In this document: positions 17,510-29,060 of the stretch, piece by piece
How the letters are laid out: every line of letters starts with the position of its first letter
How positions within the stretch are numbered: position 1 is the first letter of the stretch
Source: Methanobacteriota archaeon
GTDB lineage: Archaea > Thermoplasmatota > E2 > DHVEG-1
DNA length: 64,000 nucleotides
NCBI GenBank assembly: GCA_963769885.1
Contig: CAVYNH010000006.1
Location: forward strand, 128,001-192,000
Direction of reading: 5' to 3'
Program-made: the position numbers and the translations under genes
Notes under the pieces: generated by a model
What the model was told of the DNA's origin: nothing
What the model saw: only the letters and a program-made list of their open reading frames with translations
Databases searched by the model: none

Positions 17510-17901
17510 ACCCAGTACGGCGGCTGGTTGTGGACCTCGAGCATATGGTAGGTCACGGCCTTGACCTCCGTCCCCATCCGATACTTCTTCACGTCGTACT
17601 CGTCGCCGTAGACCGTCGCCGACAGCGCGGTCCCCGTTATTTTGACGTCGAACCGCCCGAACACCAGGTTCCGCGCCCCGTTTAAGAACACCAGCTCCGA
17701 CAGCCAATCCACCAACAGCTGCTCCAGCGACGGCGCCGCAGGAAGCGATACCGGAATCTTCAGCACCGGACGGATCTCAGAGTCATCCGTTATGATGTCG
17801 AACATCCCCTTCGCCACATGCGCGAACGCCTCATCGAGCGTCCGGCCGAACGCCCGGATGCCGACATCCGCGGTATGATTAATGAGCTCGTACTCCTTCA
17901 T
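17488..17901 (-). CDS. archease
   Basis: Motifs HTADVGI, LLVDWLSELVF, EVKAVTYH and C-terminal LDI. Confidence 0.92.
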   Translation of the reverse strand: MKEYELINHTADVGIRAFGRTLDEAFAHVAKGMFDIITDDSEIRPVLKIPVSLPAAPSLEQLLVDWLSELVFLNGARNLVFGRFDVKITGTALSATVYGDEYDVKKYRMGTEVKAVTYHMLEVHNQPPYWVQVLLDI

Positions 17902-18662
17902 AACCGCGCCTGCGCAAGCGACCGCGGACACGGACACGACAGCCCCGACGGCACCATCTCCAGCGCCCCTGCAAGCACCTTGGCAAGCATCGGCTCCCGC
18001 TGCGAATAAATCCTAACGATCTCTTCCGCATTCAACCGATGCTGCAGGCCGGCAGCCATATTGCACACCAGGCATATGGCGGCAAAACAAATCCCCTTCT
18101 CACGCGCCAACACCACTTCAGGCACCAGCGTCATCCCCACGATGTCCGCGAACGAAGAGAACACCCGGATCTCCGCCGCTGTTTCCAACCGCGGGCCCTC
18201 CGTCACCAACAGCACCCCCCGCCCATGAACCTTAGCATTGGGTTGCGTCTTCGCTGCCTTAAGAAGACACGCACGCAACGCCGGGCAGAACGGATCAGTC
18301 ATGTCCACATGCACCCGCGACTCATCAAAGAACGTCGACGGGCGCGACCTCGTCATATCGATGAAATCATGAGGCACGACGAAATCCCCAGGCTCAAACG
18401 ACTTCTTCAAGGAACCGACCGTCCCCACCGAGAGAATCGCCTCCACTTGACTCTCCGCCAAGGCCGAGATCGTCGCCCGGGCGTTCACCCGATGCGGGGG
18501 AAGATTGGCCTCCTCCCCATGGCGGTTGACGAAAAACAAGGTATGACCCTTCGCCTTCGCAATCCGAAGCACGACCGAGCCGTACGGCGTCTCAACCGTG
18601 ACCAACTCCGGACGCCTGATGAGCCCGGGAATCAAATGCCCGCTGATGATGCCGATGTTCAT
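17898..18662 (-). CDS. mtnP: MTAP-family purine nucleoside phosphorylase
   Basis: Motifs RHG...PPH.VN, VGSL, EGPRLETAAE and VGMT..PE..LARE. Confidence 0.85.
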   Translation of the reverse strand: MNIGIISGHLIPGLIRRPELVTVETPYGSVVLRIAKAKGHTLFFVNRHGEEANLPPHRVNARATISALAESQVEAILSVGTVGSLKKSFEPGDFVVPHDFIDMTRSRPSTFFDESRVHVDMTDPFCPALRACLLKAAKTQPNAKVHGRGVLLVTEGPRLETAAEIRVFSSFADIVGMTLVPEVVLAREKGICFAAICLVCNMAAGLQHRLNAEEIVRIYSQREPMLAKVLAGALEMVPSGLSCPCPRSLAQARL

Positions 18663-18766
18663 CCAGAACTCCTCTCAAAAGCAAAGACATCCCCTGTTCG
18701 TAAATTAACCTTTCTTCCGGCCCGTGAACAGCTTTTAGTACACCGCCCCCCATACCCCAGGACATC

Positions 18767-19438
18767 ATGAGGGTCGCTGTACTCTTCTCCGGAGGAAAGG
18801 ACTCCACCTATGCTGCCTACATCGTCCAACAATGGGGCTGGGACCTTACCCACCTGGTCACCCTCATCCCCCAGAACACCGAATCCTGGATGTTCCACTC
18901 CCTCAACCTCACCCTCACCGGACTACTCGCCGAAGCACTTCAAATCCCTTTCACATCGAAGACAACCAAAGGCCACAAGGAGGACGAACTGATGGATCTC
19001 GAATCACTCCTCAAGACGCTGCCCATCGACGGCGTCGTCAGCGGCGCCATCGCCTCCGAGTACCAGCGGACCCGCATCGAACGCGTCTGCGACCGCCTCG
19101 GCCTCAAAAGCTTCACCCCCCTCTGGCACAAGGACCAGGGACTCCTCCTGGAAGACCAGCTCCACGCCGGATTCAAAATCATGATCGTCGGCGTCTTCGC
19201 CGAAGGCCTCACCAAAGACTGGCTCGGCCGCCTTATCGACCCCGCCGCCCTCGCCACACTGCGCAGCCTCCACGAGACCACGGGCATCAACATCGCAGGC
19301 GAAGGCGGGGAGTACCAGACCCTCGTCCTCGACGGACCCGGCTTCCACGCCCCGCTCATCATCGACGAGCAAGAGACCCGCTGGGACCGCGACAGCGGCA
19401 CCATCCAGATAAAAAAAGCGCACCTGGGACGACGCTAG
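18767..19438 (+). CDS. diphthine--ammonia ligase (Dph6/MJ0570 family)
   Basis: Motifs LFSGGKDS, SWMFH, GAIASEYQ, PLW and GEGGEYQTLVLD. Confidence 0.88.
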   Translation: MRVAVLFSGGKDSTYAAYIVQQWGWDLTHLVTLIPQNTESWMFHSLNLTLTGLLAEALQIPFTSKTTKGHKEDELMDLESLLKTLPIDGVVSGAIASEYQRTRIERVCDRLGLKSFTPLWHKDQGLLLEDQLHAGFKIMIVGVFAEGLTKDWLGRLIDPAALATLRSLHETTGINIAGEGGEYQTLVLDGPGFHAPLIIDEQETRWDRDSGTIQIKKAHLGRR

Positions 19439-19755
19439 TACGTCAGGTAATGCAAGGCCTTCAACTGCTGCAGGAACAGGAACAGCCGCTGGTCGATATT
19501 CTCCTCAGCCGGGAACTTCTCCTTCACCCGGCCCAAAACATCCTTGACCGTCAACTGACCGTCAATCGTCACCCAGACGAACGACCCCAGGGCATCAAGG
19601 TTCGCCTCAATCTTGTTCTCCTTATGAAGCAGCTTGACGAATTTCGCCCCGGTCTTGCTCGTGAACTTCGGCACAGAAATCACGACCCGGTCCTCCGCAG
19701 TCGCCCGCCAGGGCCATTCCTCCCGACTCGGTCGATACGACAGAAACTCATCCAC
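19435..19755 (-). CDS. PqqD-family (RRE-like) small protein
   Basis: LDALGSFVW..IDG..TV.D....KEKF...RL..FL..L pattern; co-oriented downstream of the OPT gene. Confidence 0.7.
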   Translation of the reverse strand: MDEFLSYRPSREEWPWRATAEDRVVISVPKFTSKTGAKFVKLLHKENKIEANLDALGSFVWVTIDGQLTVKDVLGRVKEKFPAEENIDQRLFLFLQQLKALHYLTY

Positions 19756-19768
19756 GGTCGGCAGCGGG

Positions 19769-21817
19769 TTACCTCTCTTTCGTGTCTTTGGCGTAGATAT
19801 ACCTCAAGGGGATATACCAGAGGAGCGCCCCGATAAAGATGAAGACAAGAATGCTCGGCAGAATCGGCGGGAACTCAAAGACCTGGAAGTTCAACCCGAA
19901 CACGATGCAGAACGCGACCGTCACCCCCATCAGGGCCTCTCCAGCAATCAACCCCGCTGTCAGCAGCAGCCCGGTTCTTATAATCTTTTCTTTCGGTTTG
20001 ACATCCGTCTGTTTGATCGCCAGCTCCCACTCGCTAATCTGCTCCTCCTCCGCCGAGCCGTACTTCTTCGTAATCGCCCGATCGGTGAGGTACCGGATGA
20101 TGCCACCGAGGAAAATCGGCGTCGTGAGCGTAAACGGCAGATAAATCCCAATCGCCACCGGAAGCACCGGCAGATTAATCAGAATCAATACGAACGCCAG
20201 GACCATGCCGGCGATGACGAACGGCCAGACCATCTGACCACCCAGCACCCCCTGCACGATCCCCTTCATAAGGAACGCCTGGGGCGCAGGAAGATTCGTA
20301 CTCCCAATCCGGTACGCCTTATCCAAGGCCTGGACGACGAGCGCCAGAATCGGCGCCGCAGCCATGACCCCGATGATCTCCGCGATCTGCTGGTTCCGCG
20401 GCGTCGCACCAACCATTTGACCACACGTCAGCGACTGCAGCACGTCACCAGAAATCGCCGCCGCACAGCAAATCACCGCGGCGATGAGAATCGCGACCCC
20501 CGCCGCTTGGATATTCCCAGACAGCCCAAACCCAAGAAGGATCAGCGCCGTGATCAGTAACACCGAGACAGTCACCCCAGAAATCGGGTTATTCGAAGAC
20601 CCAAGCAGTCCGGCCATGTACCCCGCAATCGCGCTCGCCACGAAGGCGAACAGAACCGCGAAGACCGCCATGACCGCCGAGACCACCCACAACGAAGAAA
20701 TCCAGACATAGACCAAGAAAATCGGGATTGTCAACAGCCCGATCATCAAGAACACGAACTTGAAGTTCAGATCCTGATCCGTGCGCTTCTTCACAACCCC
20801 GCTGCCGCCACGGAGCCCCGCGATCGCCTCACGGATCCCACTAGCGAGGTTCGACCGCAGACGGAAAATCGTATACAGACCGCCGACAACCATCGTGCCG
20901 ACTCCAATATACCGAATATAATTCCCCCAGATGGCGAAGAATCCCCAGATCTGGTACCCCGTATTCGCATTCCCGAATCCTAAGGCCAGCGCATCGGTGA
21001 TATCCGAAGGCGTCGTCGGCGTCGGCAATCCGGTCGCAAGCGCGATGAGCGGTGCCAGGATGACCCAGCCGAGTAGCCCGCCAACGAAGACGAATGAGGA
21101 GATCTTCGGGCCGATGATCCACCCGACACCAAGCAGTGCAGGCGAGGCCGCAACCCCACCATAAAAAAACCCTTCTTTTGTGCCACCACCGATGTTGAAC
21201 TTCCCAATATCCGCAATACCGTGAATAGCGCCGCCGAAAATCTTTAAGCCCACCTGGCCGAATTTAAATATCGCAGCGACGAGTGCACCGACCACAAGCC
21301 AGATGCCGCTCACGCCGGATTCGCCCTTCTTCTCCCGGGCGACCTCCCCGCCGACCGTCGTGGTCAGCACCGCAGCGACCGCAACACCCTCGGGGAACGG
21401 CAAATCTGTCTTGATGATGAGCGCGCGACGGAGAGGAACCATCCAAAGGACACCAAGGATGCCACCGAACATGGCGATAAGCGTCGTCTCAACATAGTGG
21501 ATCTCCGTCCAGGTTCCCAGGAGGACCAGGGCAGGGATTGTGAAAATAACCCCAGCGGCGAGCGCCTCACCGGAGGCAGCGCCCATCATCCCCAGGTTGA
21601 CTTCAAGGATGGTACCTTTCAGGGGACGTAGGATGGCAAACGCCATGACGGCACCGGGAATGACCGCGGAGACCGTCATCCCGGCGTACAAGCCGAGATA
21701 CGCGTTCGCCGCACCGAGAATAACCGCGAGGATGGCTCCGACGAGCACGGCCTTAAGGGTGAGCTCAGGGATCGATTTACTCGCAGGAATGAACGATTGG
21801 AAGTCTTCGCGCGACAT
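19769..21817 (-). CDS. OPT-family oligopeptide transporter
   Basis: Motifs PELT.KA, ANAYLGLYAG, LPFPEG.A.A.VL, GSSNNPISG, VGATP..QQ, LPAPQA and GLIAGEAL. Confidence 0.93.
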   Translation of the reverse strand: MSREDFQSFIPASKSIPELTLKAVLVGAILAVILGAANAYLGLYAGMTVSAVIPGAVMAFAILRPLKGTILEVNLGMMGAASGEALAAGVIFTIPALVLLGTWTEIHYVETTLIAMFGGILGVLWMVPLRRALIIKTDLPFPEGVAVAAVLTTTVGGEVAREKKGESGVSGIWLVVGALVAAIFKFGQVGLKIFGGAIHGIADIGKFNIGGGTKEGFFYGGVAASPALLGVGWIIGPKISSFVFVGGLLGWVILAPLIALATGLPTPTTPSDITDALALGFGNANTGYQIWGFFAIWGNYIRYIGVGTMVVGGLYTIFRLRSNLASGIREAIAGLRGGSGVVKKRTDQDLNFKFVFLMIGLLTIPIFLVYVWISSLWVVSAVMAVFAVLFAFVASAIAGYMAGLLGSSNNPISGVTVSVLLITALILLGFGLSGNIQAAGVAILIAAVICCAAAISGDVLQSLTCGQMVGATPRNQQIAEIIGVMAAAPILALVVQALDKAYRIGSTNLPAPQAFLMKGIVQGVLGGQMVWPFVIAGMVLAFVLILINLPVLPVAIGIYLPFTLTTPIFLGGIIRYLTDRAITKKYGSAEEEQISEWELAIKQTDVKPKEKIIRTGLLLTAGLIAGEALMGVTVAFCIVFGLNFQVFEFPPILPSILVFIFIGALLWYIPLRYIYAKDTKER

Positions 21818-21902
21818 AAGACAACCTACAAGAATAATATATTTAAGTATTTATAAAACTTCCCCATGTAATCTAACCCTTTTTTCAGGAGATACACGAG
21901 CC

Positions 21903-23150
21903 TCAGACCTCGACCGCGTACCGCAAAATCCCCGCGAGACCCCCAAAAGCACTATACAAGGATTCGCCCTCCTCGCTGCCCCGGGAAATCAAACGGACTA
22001 TTCCGTTCGTCTTCTCCGCCAGATCGGAGAGCTCATCGACCAGGTCGACCTTCTCCGTGATGACCATGGGCAGCTGGGACTTGCACATGGTGCAAGGAGG
22101 CGGCGAGAATGACTCCAGGGCATCCTCCGCTATCGTCTTCTGAAGCGTGAACGAACAGGACTGGCACTTCATCGTGACCCGATACCGCCGGAGATCCTCA
22201 GAGATCAACAGTGTGTCGACAACCCCCATCTCGAGGGCGCGGCGCACCTGGGGCTCCCCGTAGACCGCCAGGCTCTTCTCCGACTTCATCACCTCAGAGA
22301 GGAACCGTTTCATCACCTTCTTCTCCTTGGAGATCTTCAAGTCGGCCATGCGGCCGCCTGCGGAATCCACAAGCTCCCGCAGGCCGTACTCATCGGTATA
22401 CCCGGTGTCGAAGAGGTCGACGATCTTCTTTTGTAGCTCATAGTGCAGATAACCCTCCTCGATGAAGTACTGCTTCGTCGGCCCAGAGCCGCCGACGAGG
22501 ATCCCCTTGAGACCAGGCTCGTTCAGGAAGATTTCGCTGGCGCGCTCCCCGCATTTCACGAACCATTCATGGGCCGCGATCTCGGTGAGACGCTCGAACC
22601 GCCGCTGGGACTGACCACCACGCCCGTGTTTACCGGGGACCTGAGAGGTCATATACTTCAGCAACTCAATGTGATTGCCCCGCAGCATCCCGATGGTGCA
22701 TTCCCGGCGGTCCAACAACAGAAGGCCATAGATCTCTTTTTCAGAGAGCATCCCCTCGATGGGCTCAAGGTAGAACTCGGAGTCACAGCGGTACAAGAAC
22801 GTCGTTAGCGGAAGCGGCGGCTCGATGACGAACGCGACCATCTCCGTCTGGTCGCTGCCGATGCTCTTATGCCCGACGAACATCGCGAGGCCGTTGAGCG
22901 GCGGCTGCTTGAAGGGCTTCAGCCGGTTCATCAACGATTCAATCGCGGACGTCACGTTCTTCCGGGTCGTCTTGGACTTGATGTTCTGGGACTGGGAGAA
23001 CTCGTTGCGCAGGTAGGAGACCACATCGAAAATCTGCTTGGAGGCAGGGACGTACAAGGAGATCAGCTCCGTGTGCTTCCCACGAGCCTTCTTGAGCTCC
23101 TCAAGAAGCCGTCGTAAGTCGTAGATCTGCCGCTGGGTCAGCTCAGCCAT
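21903..23150 (-). CDS. prf1: archaeal peptide chain release factor aRF1
   Basis: Motifs NIKS, YRCD..F and GRGGQSQRRF. Confidence 0.97.
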   Translation of the reverse strand: MAELTQRQIYDLRRLLEELKKARGKHTELISLYVPASKQIFDVVSYLRNEFSQSQNIKSKTTRKNVTSAIESLMNRLKPFKQPPLNGLAMFVGHKSIGSDQTEMVAFVIEPPLPLTTFLYRCDSEFYLEPIEGMLSEKEIYGLLLLDRRECTIGMLRGNHIELLKYMTSQVPGKHGRGGQSQRRFERLTEIAAHEWFVKCGERASEIFLNEPGLKGILVGGSGPTKQYFIEEGYLHYELQKKIVDLFDTGYTDEYGLRELVDSAGGRMADLKISKEKKVMKRFLSEVMKSEKSLAVYGEPQVRRALEMGVVDTLLISEDLRRYRVTMKCQSCSFTLQKTIAEDALESFSPPPCTMCKSQLPMVITEKVDLVDELSDLAEKTNGIVRLISRGSEEGESLYSAFGGLAGILRYAVEV

Positions 23151-23212
23151 GGGTCACCCGCCCTCGGTACACAATCACAATCAACCTGAGAAGAAATCAT
23201 GGGTACCGCCTG

Positions 23213-24460
23213 CTACAACGGGAACGTTTCGCCGTTCATCGGCGCCAGCACCTCTGCCGTGTCCCGCAGGGACTCGATGAGCGGCTGGCGGTTGTCGCTG
23301 TGAAAGAGCACGATCTTCTCCGGTTTACACGCTTTGGCGAAGTTCACCAGCTCCGTATGCCCGGCATGCGCAGAGAAATCGAAGTACTCGACCTCACAGT
23401 CCACGGTCTCCACGACACCGTAGAACGCCATCTTTCCTTTTTCAAAGAGCAGGCGGCTGTTCGTCCCCTCCACCTGGTACCCCGTGAGCAGGACCGCGCA
23501 TTTCTTGTCGTTCTTCAGCTTCATCATATATGACATGATCGGACCGCCGTCCATCATGCCGCTGGAGGTGACGATGACGTCAGCCTTCAGCGCAAGCTTC
23601 CGGCCATGGTCGGAATGCACGAGGTTGACCTCTTTCATCGCCTTCTTCAGGTCCTTCGGGGACCGTAAATACTGGGGGTACTTCAGGAAGATCTTGGAGA
23701 TCTTCGTGCCCATGCCGTCGAACCAGACGTCCAGGTTTTGGTCCTTGAGCGCGATGAGGATCTCCTGCGAACGGGCAAGGGCGAACGCGGGGATGATGGC
23801 GATGCCGCCGCGGTCGACGACCTCATGGATCTTGTCGATGAACGCCTTCTCCATCTGCTGGCGGTTGACATGATCCCGGCCGGCGTAGGTCCCTTCCATG
23901 AACAGAACGTCGCACTTGACCGGACGCGTGCCCTTGACGAGATGGGTGTCGACGACGTTGAAGTCCCCCGTGAACAGTGTGGTCTTGGCGCCCTGAAGCT
24001 CGAACATCAACCCCCCGGGGATGTGCCCAGAGGAATGGAACCGGATCTCCGTGTCCTCGCCGATCTGCCGGGTCGTCCCCGGCTCCACCGGCATCAGGCT
24101 GTGCTCCGCCTCGCGCACATCATTACTTCCATAGGGAATCGAGTAGCCGTCCATCTGCGCGATCTTGATTGAATCCTTCTGCAGCAGATTACTCAGAGCG
24201 CCTGTGACTTCCGTGGCGTTGATCGTCTGATTCGACTGGGCGCACAGCCACGGGATCATCCCGGAATGGTCCAGATGCCCGTGACTCAAGAGCGTGAGGT
24301 CCACGGGCGGCGGCGGCAGGGGAAACGACGGCGGTTTGCCCGGCGCTAACCCATAATCGAAGAGGAACCGGCGGCGGTTATAGTCCAGCACCATCGCCAC
24401 GTTGCCCACTTCGTTACCACCGCCAAGAAATTGACAATTCAGCTGAGAAGACATACTCAC
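23213..24460 (-). CDS. MBL-fold beta-CASP ribonuclease (aCPSF2-like)
   Basis: Motifs SHGHLDHSG, GHIPG, MEGTY, TGYQVEGT and FSAHAG. Confidence 0.88.
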   Translation of the reverse strand: MSMSSQLNCQFLGGGNEVGNVAMVLDYNRRRFLFDYGLAPGKPPSFPLPPPPVDLTLLSHGHLDHSGMIPWLCAQSNQTINATEVTGALSNLLQKDSIKIAQMDGYSIPYGSNDVREAEHSLMPVEPGTTRQIGEDTEIRFHSSGHIPGGLMFELQGAKTTLFTGDFNVVDTHLVKGTRPVKCDVLFMEGTYAGRDHVNRQQMEKAFIDKIHEVVDRGGIAIIPAFALARSQEILIALKDQNLDVWFDGMGTKISKIFLKYPQYLRSPKDLKKAMKEVNLVHSDHGRKLALKADVIVTSSGMMDGGPIMSYMMKLKNDKKCAVLLTGYQVEGTNSRLLFEKGKMAFYGVVETVDCEVEYFDFSAHAGHTELVNFAKACKPEKIVLFHSDNRQPLIESLRDTAEVLAPMNGETFPL

Positions 24461-24502
24461 TCTAGTTCCGTTTAATCTGGCACCGAAAAGAAGAGGGAGT
24501 TA

Positions 24503-25828
24503 TTAATTCTTTGGTGAATGCAAGGGTTGGACGTGCAGAAGCTGCTCTTCCTTGCGCAGAATCAGAACTTTTGTCCCCGGCTCAATCTCCACCGCCGAGG
24601 TCGCCAGCCAGTACTCCCCTTTATACCGCACGTACCCCGGCTTCCCGGGGGCCAGCAGGTCCAGCGTCACCGCCGTCTCACCCGCAAACACGCCGATTGA
24701 CGGCCGCTTCCGCCGGATCTGAATCACCTTATACAAGACAAACGCAAAGAACACCGCGAAGATGATGATCACCAAGAGCAGGATGAGGAACGCCGTCGTC
24801 ATGTAGTCACCGGAAATCAGCCACTCCCGGGTCGGATAGCTCGGGATGAGGAACACGCCGCCGAAGACCAGACAGATGATCCCGCCGATCCCCACCACCG
24901 TGAACCCCGGAGTAACATAGATTTCGACCAGGAGCAGAACCGCACCCAGAATTATAAAGATTATGCTGAGCGCCGAGATGCTAAACCCGATGCCCACCAA
25001 TCCCAAGAGGATCATGATGCCGCCGAAGACCTCCGCGCCATACCCCGGCGTCGACAACCCGATCAGCAACGCAAATACCCCCAGCATCAGTAACAACGCC
25101 GACAGGATTGGATTCGTCAACAGACTATACAGCCGCAGGGACAATGGACGCTCATAGGTCAGCTGCGGCGCCCCCGCCGTCTCCAGCGTCACCGTCCCCG
25201 AAACCACCGAGACATTACGCCCATCCAAAACCATAAGCAATTCTGGGATGCTATCAGCGAGGACCTCGACGACCCCCAGCTGCCTTGCGACAGTCGCATT
25301 CACATTCCGATTTTGCGTGATGAACTCCGCGGCTAACGTCTCGTTCCGGTCATACATCTGTGCCCGTTCCTGCAGCCAACCCACGAGAGCATTGATGGTC
25401 TTTGAATCATCGATGAGCCGTGTTCCGGTTATTCCGATTTCAACGGGCTGGCATGAGCCGATGACCGTATGGTTGGCCATGGCTGCCACGTGAGAACTGA
25501 GCAGCAGGAACGTTCCCGCGGACCAGGCCGCCGCACCGGACGGAGATACGTACCCGATGACGGGGATGGTGCTGTTCTGAATCAGACTGGCCATCGCAAA
25601 AGTCTGCTGCAGCCCACCTCCCGGAGTATTGAGGAGCGCGATGACCGCCTGGGCGTCGTGTGCCCTCGCATACGCCATCGCGTTAGCGAAGGCGTCGGCG
25701 GTCGTCTGATCAATCTCATCAGTGATGCTGACGAGGACCACGGGTCGCTGCTGCTGGGCGACCGCAAGCGGAGTCGCCAGTAGGACGGAAAAGAAGAGAA
25801 GAAGTAAGAGAAGAGGACCGCGTCTCAT
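24503..25828 (-). CDS. nfeD: NfeD-family membrane-bound serine protease
   Basis: Motifs NTPGG and AWSAGT, a TM region, and C-terminal G.V...GEYW.A; adjacent to a slipin gene. Confidence 0.88.
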   Translation of the reverse strand: MRRGPLLLLLLFFSVLLATPLAVAQQQRPVVLVSITDEIDQTTADAFANAMAYARAHDAQAVIALLNTPGGGLQQTFAMASLIQNSTIPVIGYVSPSGAAAWSAGTFLLLSSHVAAMANHTVIGSCQPVEIGITGTRLIDDSKTINALVGWLQERAQMYDRNETLAAEFITQNRNVNATVARQLGVVEVLADSIPELLMVLDGRNVSVVSGTVTLETAGAPQLTYERPLSLRLYSLLTNPILSALLLMLGVFALLIGLSTPGYGAEVFGGIMILLGLVGIGFSISALSIIFIILGAVLLLVEIYVTPGFTVVGIGGIICLVFGGVFLIPSYPTREWLISGDYMTTAFLILLLVIIIFAVFFAFVLYKVIQIRRKRPSIGVFAGETAVTLDLLAPGKPGYVRYKGEYWLATSAVEIEPGTKVLILRKEEQLLHVQPLHSPKN

Positions 25829-26592
25829 TCTTTCTTGTGGGTCACTGCCCGTGCGATCCCCGCGATGTTCCCGATCTCGCCGCCGGGGACGACGATGAGG
25901 TTCTTTTCTCGGGCGATCTCAGTGAGCGTCTGAAGTTCACGCAAGCGTAAGGCAACCGGTGTTTGCTCGTAGAGTTTCGCCGCATCAGCCATTTTCTGCG
26001 ACGCGAGGAACTCTCCTTCGGCCATGATGATACGCGAGCGCTTCTCCCGCTCCGCCTCGGCTTGTTTGGCGATAGCCCGGAGCATCTCCTCAGGCAAAGA
26101 GACATCCTTAATCGTGACCGCTGAGATCTTTATCCCCCAGGGGTCGGTCCCAATATCAAGGATCTCCTGCAGGCTCTTATTCAGTTCTTCGCGTTGAGCG
26201 AGAAGCTCATCAAGACTCTTCTGCCCAAGGATATCACGAAGGGTCGTCTGGGCAAGCAGACTCGTCGCGACATCGTACCGCTGTACCTCGACAATCGCCT
26301 TTTGGGCGTCGGTGATCCGGAAATAGACGACAGCGTCCACGTCCACCGTCACGTTATCACGGGTGATCACGCGTTGTTTGGGGACGTCGATGACACGGGT
26401 ACGGAGATCGAGCTTGATGATACGGTCAACAACCGGGATGATGAAGACGAGACCGGGGCCTTTGATGCCGGCCAGCCTCCCAAGTCGGAAGACGACAATC
26501 CGCTGGTACTCCGCCATGATGCGGATTGCGGCCGCGAGCAGGACGACAATTAAGATTAGAATGACGATGCCGACGATAACAAAATCGACCAT
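25825..26592 (-). CDS. slipin / stomatin (SPFH) family protein
   Basis: Motifs FRLGR...KGPG, ITRDNV.V.VDAV, AQTTLR and QAEAERE.R. Confidence 0.93.
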   Translation of the reverse strand: MVDFVIVGIVILILIVVLLAAAIRIMAEYQRIVVFRLGRLAGIKGPGLVFIIPVVDRIIKLDLRTRVIDVPKQRVITRDNVTVDVDAVVYFRITDAQKAIVEVQRYDVATSLLAQTTLRDILGQKSLDELLAQREELNKSLQEILDIGTDPWGIKISAVTIKDVSLPEEMLRAIAKQAEAEREKRSRIIMAEGEFLASQKMADAAKLYEQTPVALRLRELQTLTEIAREKNLIVVPGGEIGNIAGIARAVTHKKE

Positions 26593-26685
26593 TTTTTCTC
26601 ACCTTGGGAGCATTCAACCTGTGTTACTTCTTAAGAGTTTCGCTCCTAAGGCGACGGGGATCGTGGTGTAACGATATTTTTTTAA

Positions 26686-28011
<1,326 letters not shown>

Positions 28012-28091
28012 TTTTTTTAGGGTTTTTTTGTCTGGAATTGCCATAAAATATTTGATGGTAGACCGGTTACCTGTGGGCGAGGCGGAAAGTT

Positions 28092-29030
28092 ATGAAGATT
28101 CTGGTTACCGACAAGACCGAGCAGGAAGTGCTCAATCAGCTGAAGTCATCTGGCCACGAGATCGTTTTCAATGAGATGGATCCCGCGACGTTACTCGCTG
28201 AGATTGGGAAGTATGATGCGTTGATGGTGCGGAGCCGGACGAAGGTGACGGCTGAGGTCATCGAGAGGGGGAAGAACAGCCTGAAGGTGATTGGTCGTGC
28301 GGGGATCGGGGTGGATAACATCGATCTCGCGGCGGCGTCGAAGTACAATATCAAGGTGGTGAATGCGCCGACGGGGTCGACGGTGAGCGTCGCGGAGCTG
28401 ACGTTGGGGTTGCTGCTGTGCGCGGCGCGGTCGATTCCGCAGGCGGACCGGTCGATGAAGCAGGGGTTGTGGGAGAAGAAGACGTTCAAGGGTGTTGAGC
28501 TCTCTGAGAAGACGCTGGGGATCATTGGGATCGGGCGGATTGGGGTGGAGCTGGCGAAGCGGGCGATGGCCTGTAACATGAAGGTGATTGCGTACGATAA
28601 GTATGTGACGAAGTCGCCGATGCATGGGATCGCGCTGGTGCCTCTTGATCAATTGCTGGCGTCCGCTGATTATATCTCGCTGCATATCCCATTCAATAAA
28701 CAGGAGGGTGCGGTGTTGAAGGAGGCTGAGTTTGCGATGATGAAGAAGGGTGTTATCCTCGTGAACTGCGCCCGTGGCGGGACGGTTGATGAAAAGGCGT
28801 TATTGAAAGCGCTGCAGGAGGGGAGGGTCCGTGCCGCAGGGTTGGATGTGTATGAGGCCGAGCCGCCGGTGCTCAAGGATCTTGTGAATCAGCCGAATGT
28901 GATTTGCACGCCGCATATCGGCGCCTCGACGAAGGAAGGGCAGCTGCGCGCTGGGTCGATTTGCGCGGAGCAGATGCTTCTGGTGTTGTCGGGGAAGACG
29001 CCGGAGTTCTGGGTGAATCGACCAAAATAA
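28092..29030 (+). CDS. D-3-phosphoglycerate dehydrogenase-like D-2-hydroxyacid dehydrogenase
   Basis: Motifs RAGIGVDNID, GIGRIG, NCARG, LDVY..EP and TPHIGAST; no regulatory domain. Confidence 0.88.
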   Translation: MKILVTDKTEQEVLNQLKSSGHEIVFNEMDPATLLAEIGKYDALMVRSRTKVTAEVIERGKNSLKVIGRAGIGVDNIDLAAASKYNIKVVNAPTGSTVSVAELTLGLLLCAARSIPQADRSMKQGLWEKKTFKGVELSEKTLGIIGIGRIGVELAKRAMACNMKVIAYDKYVTKSPMHGIALVPLDQLLASADYISLHIPFNKQEGAVLKEAEFAMMKKGVILVNCARGGTVDEKALLKALQEGRVRAAGLDVYEAEPPVLKDLVNQPNVICTPHIGASTKEGQLRAGSICAEQMLLVLSGKTPEFWVNRPK

Positions 29031-29060
29031 ATGTTCAGGGGGCGGTCGCCCCCGTGATAG

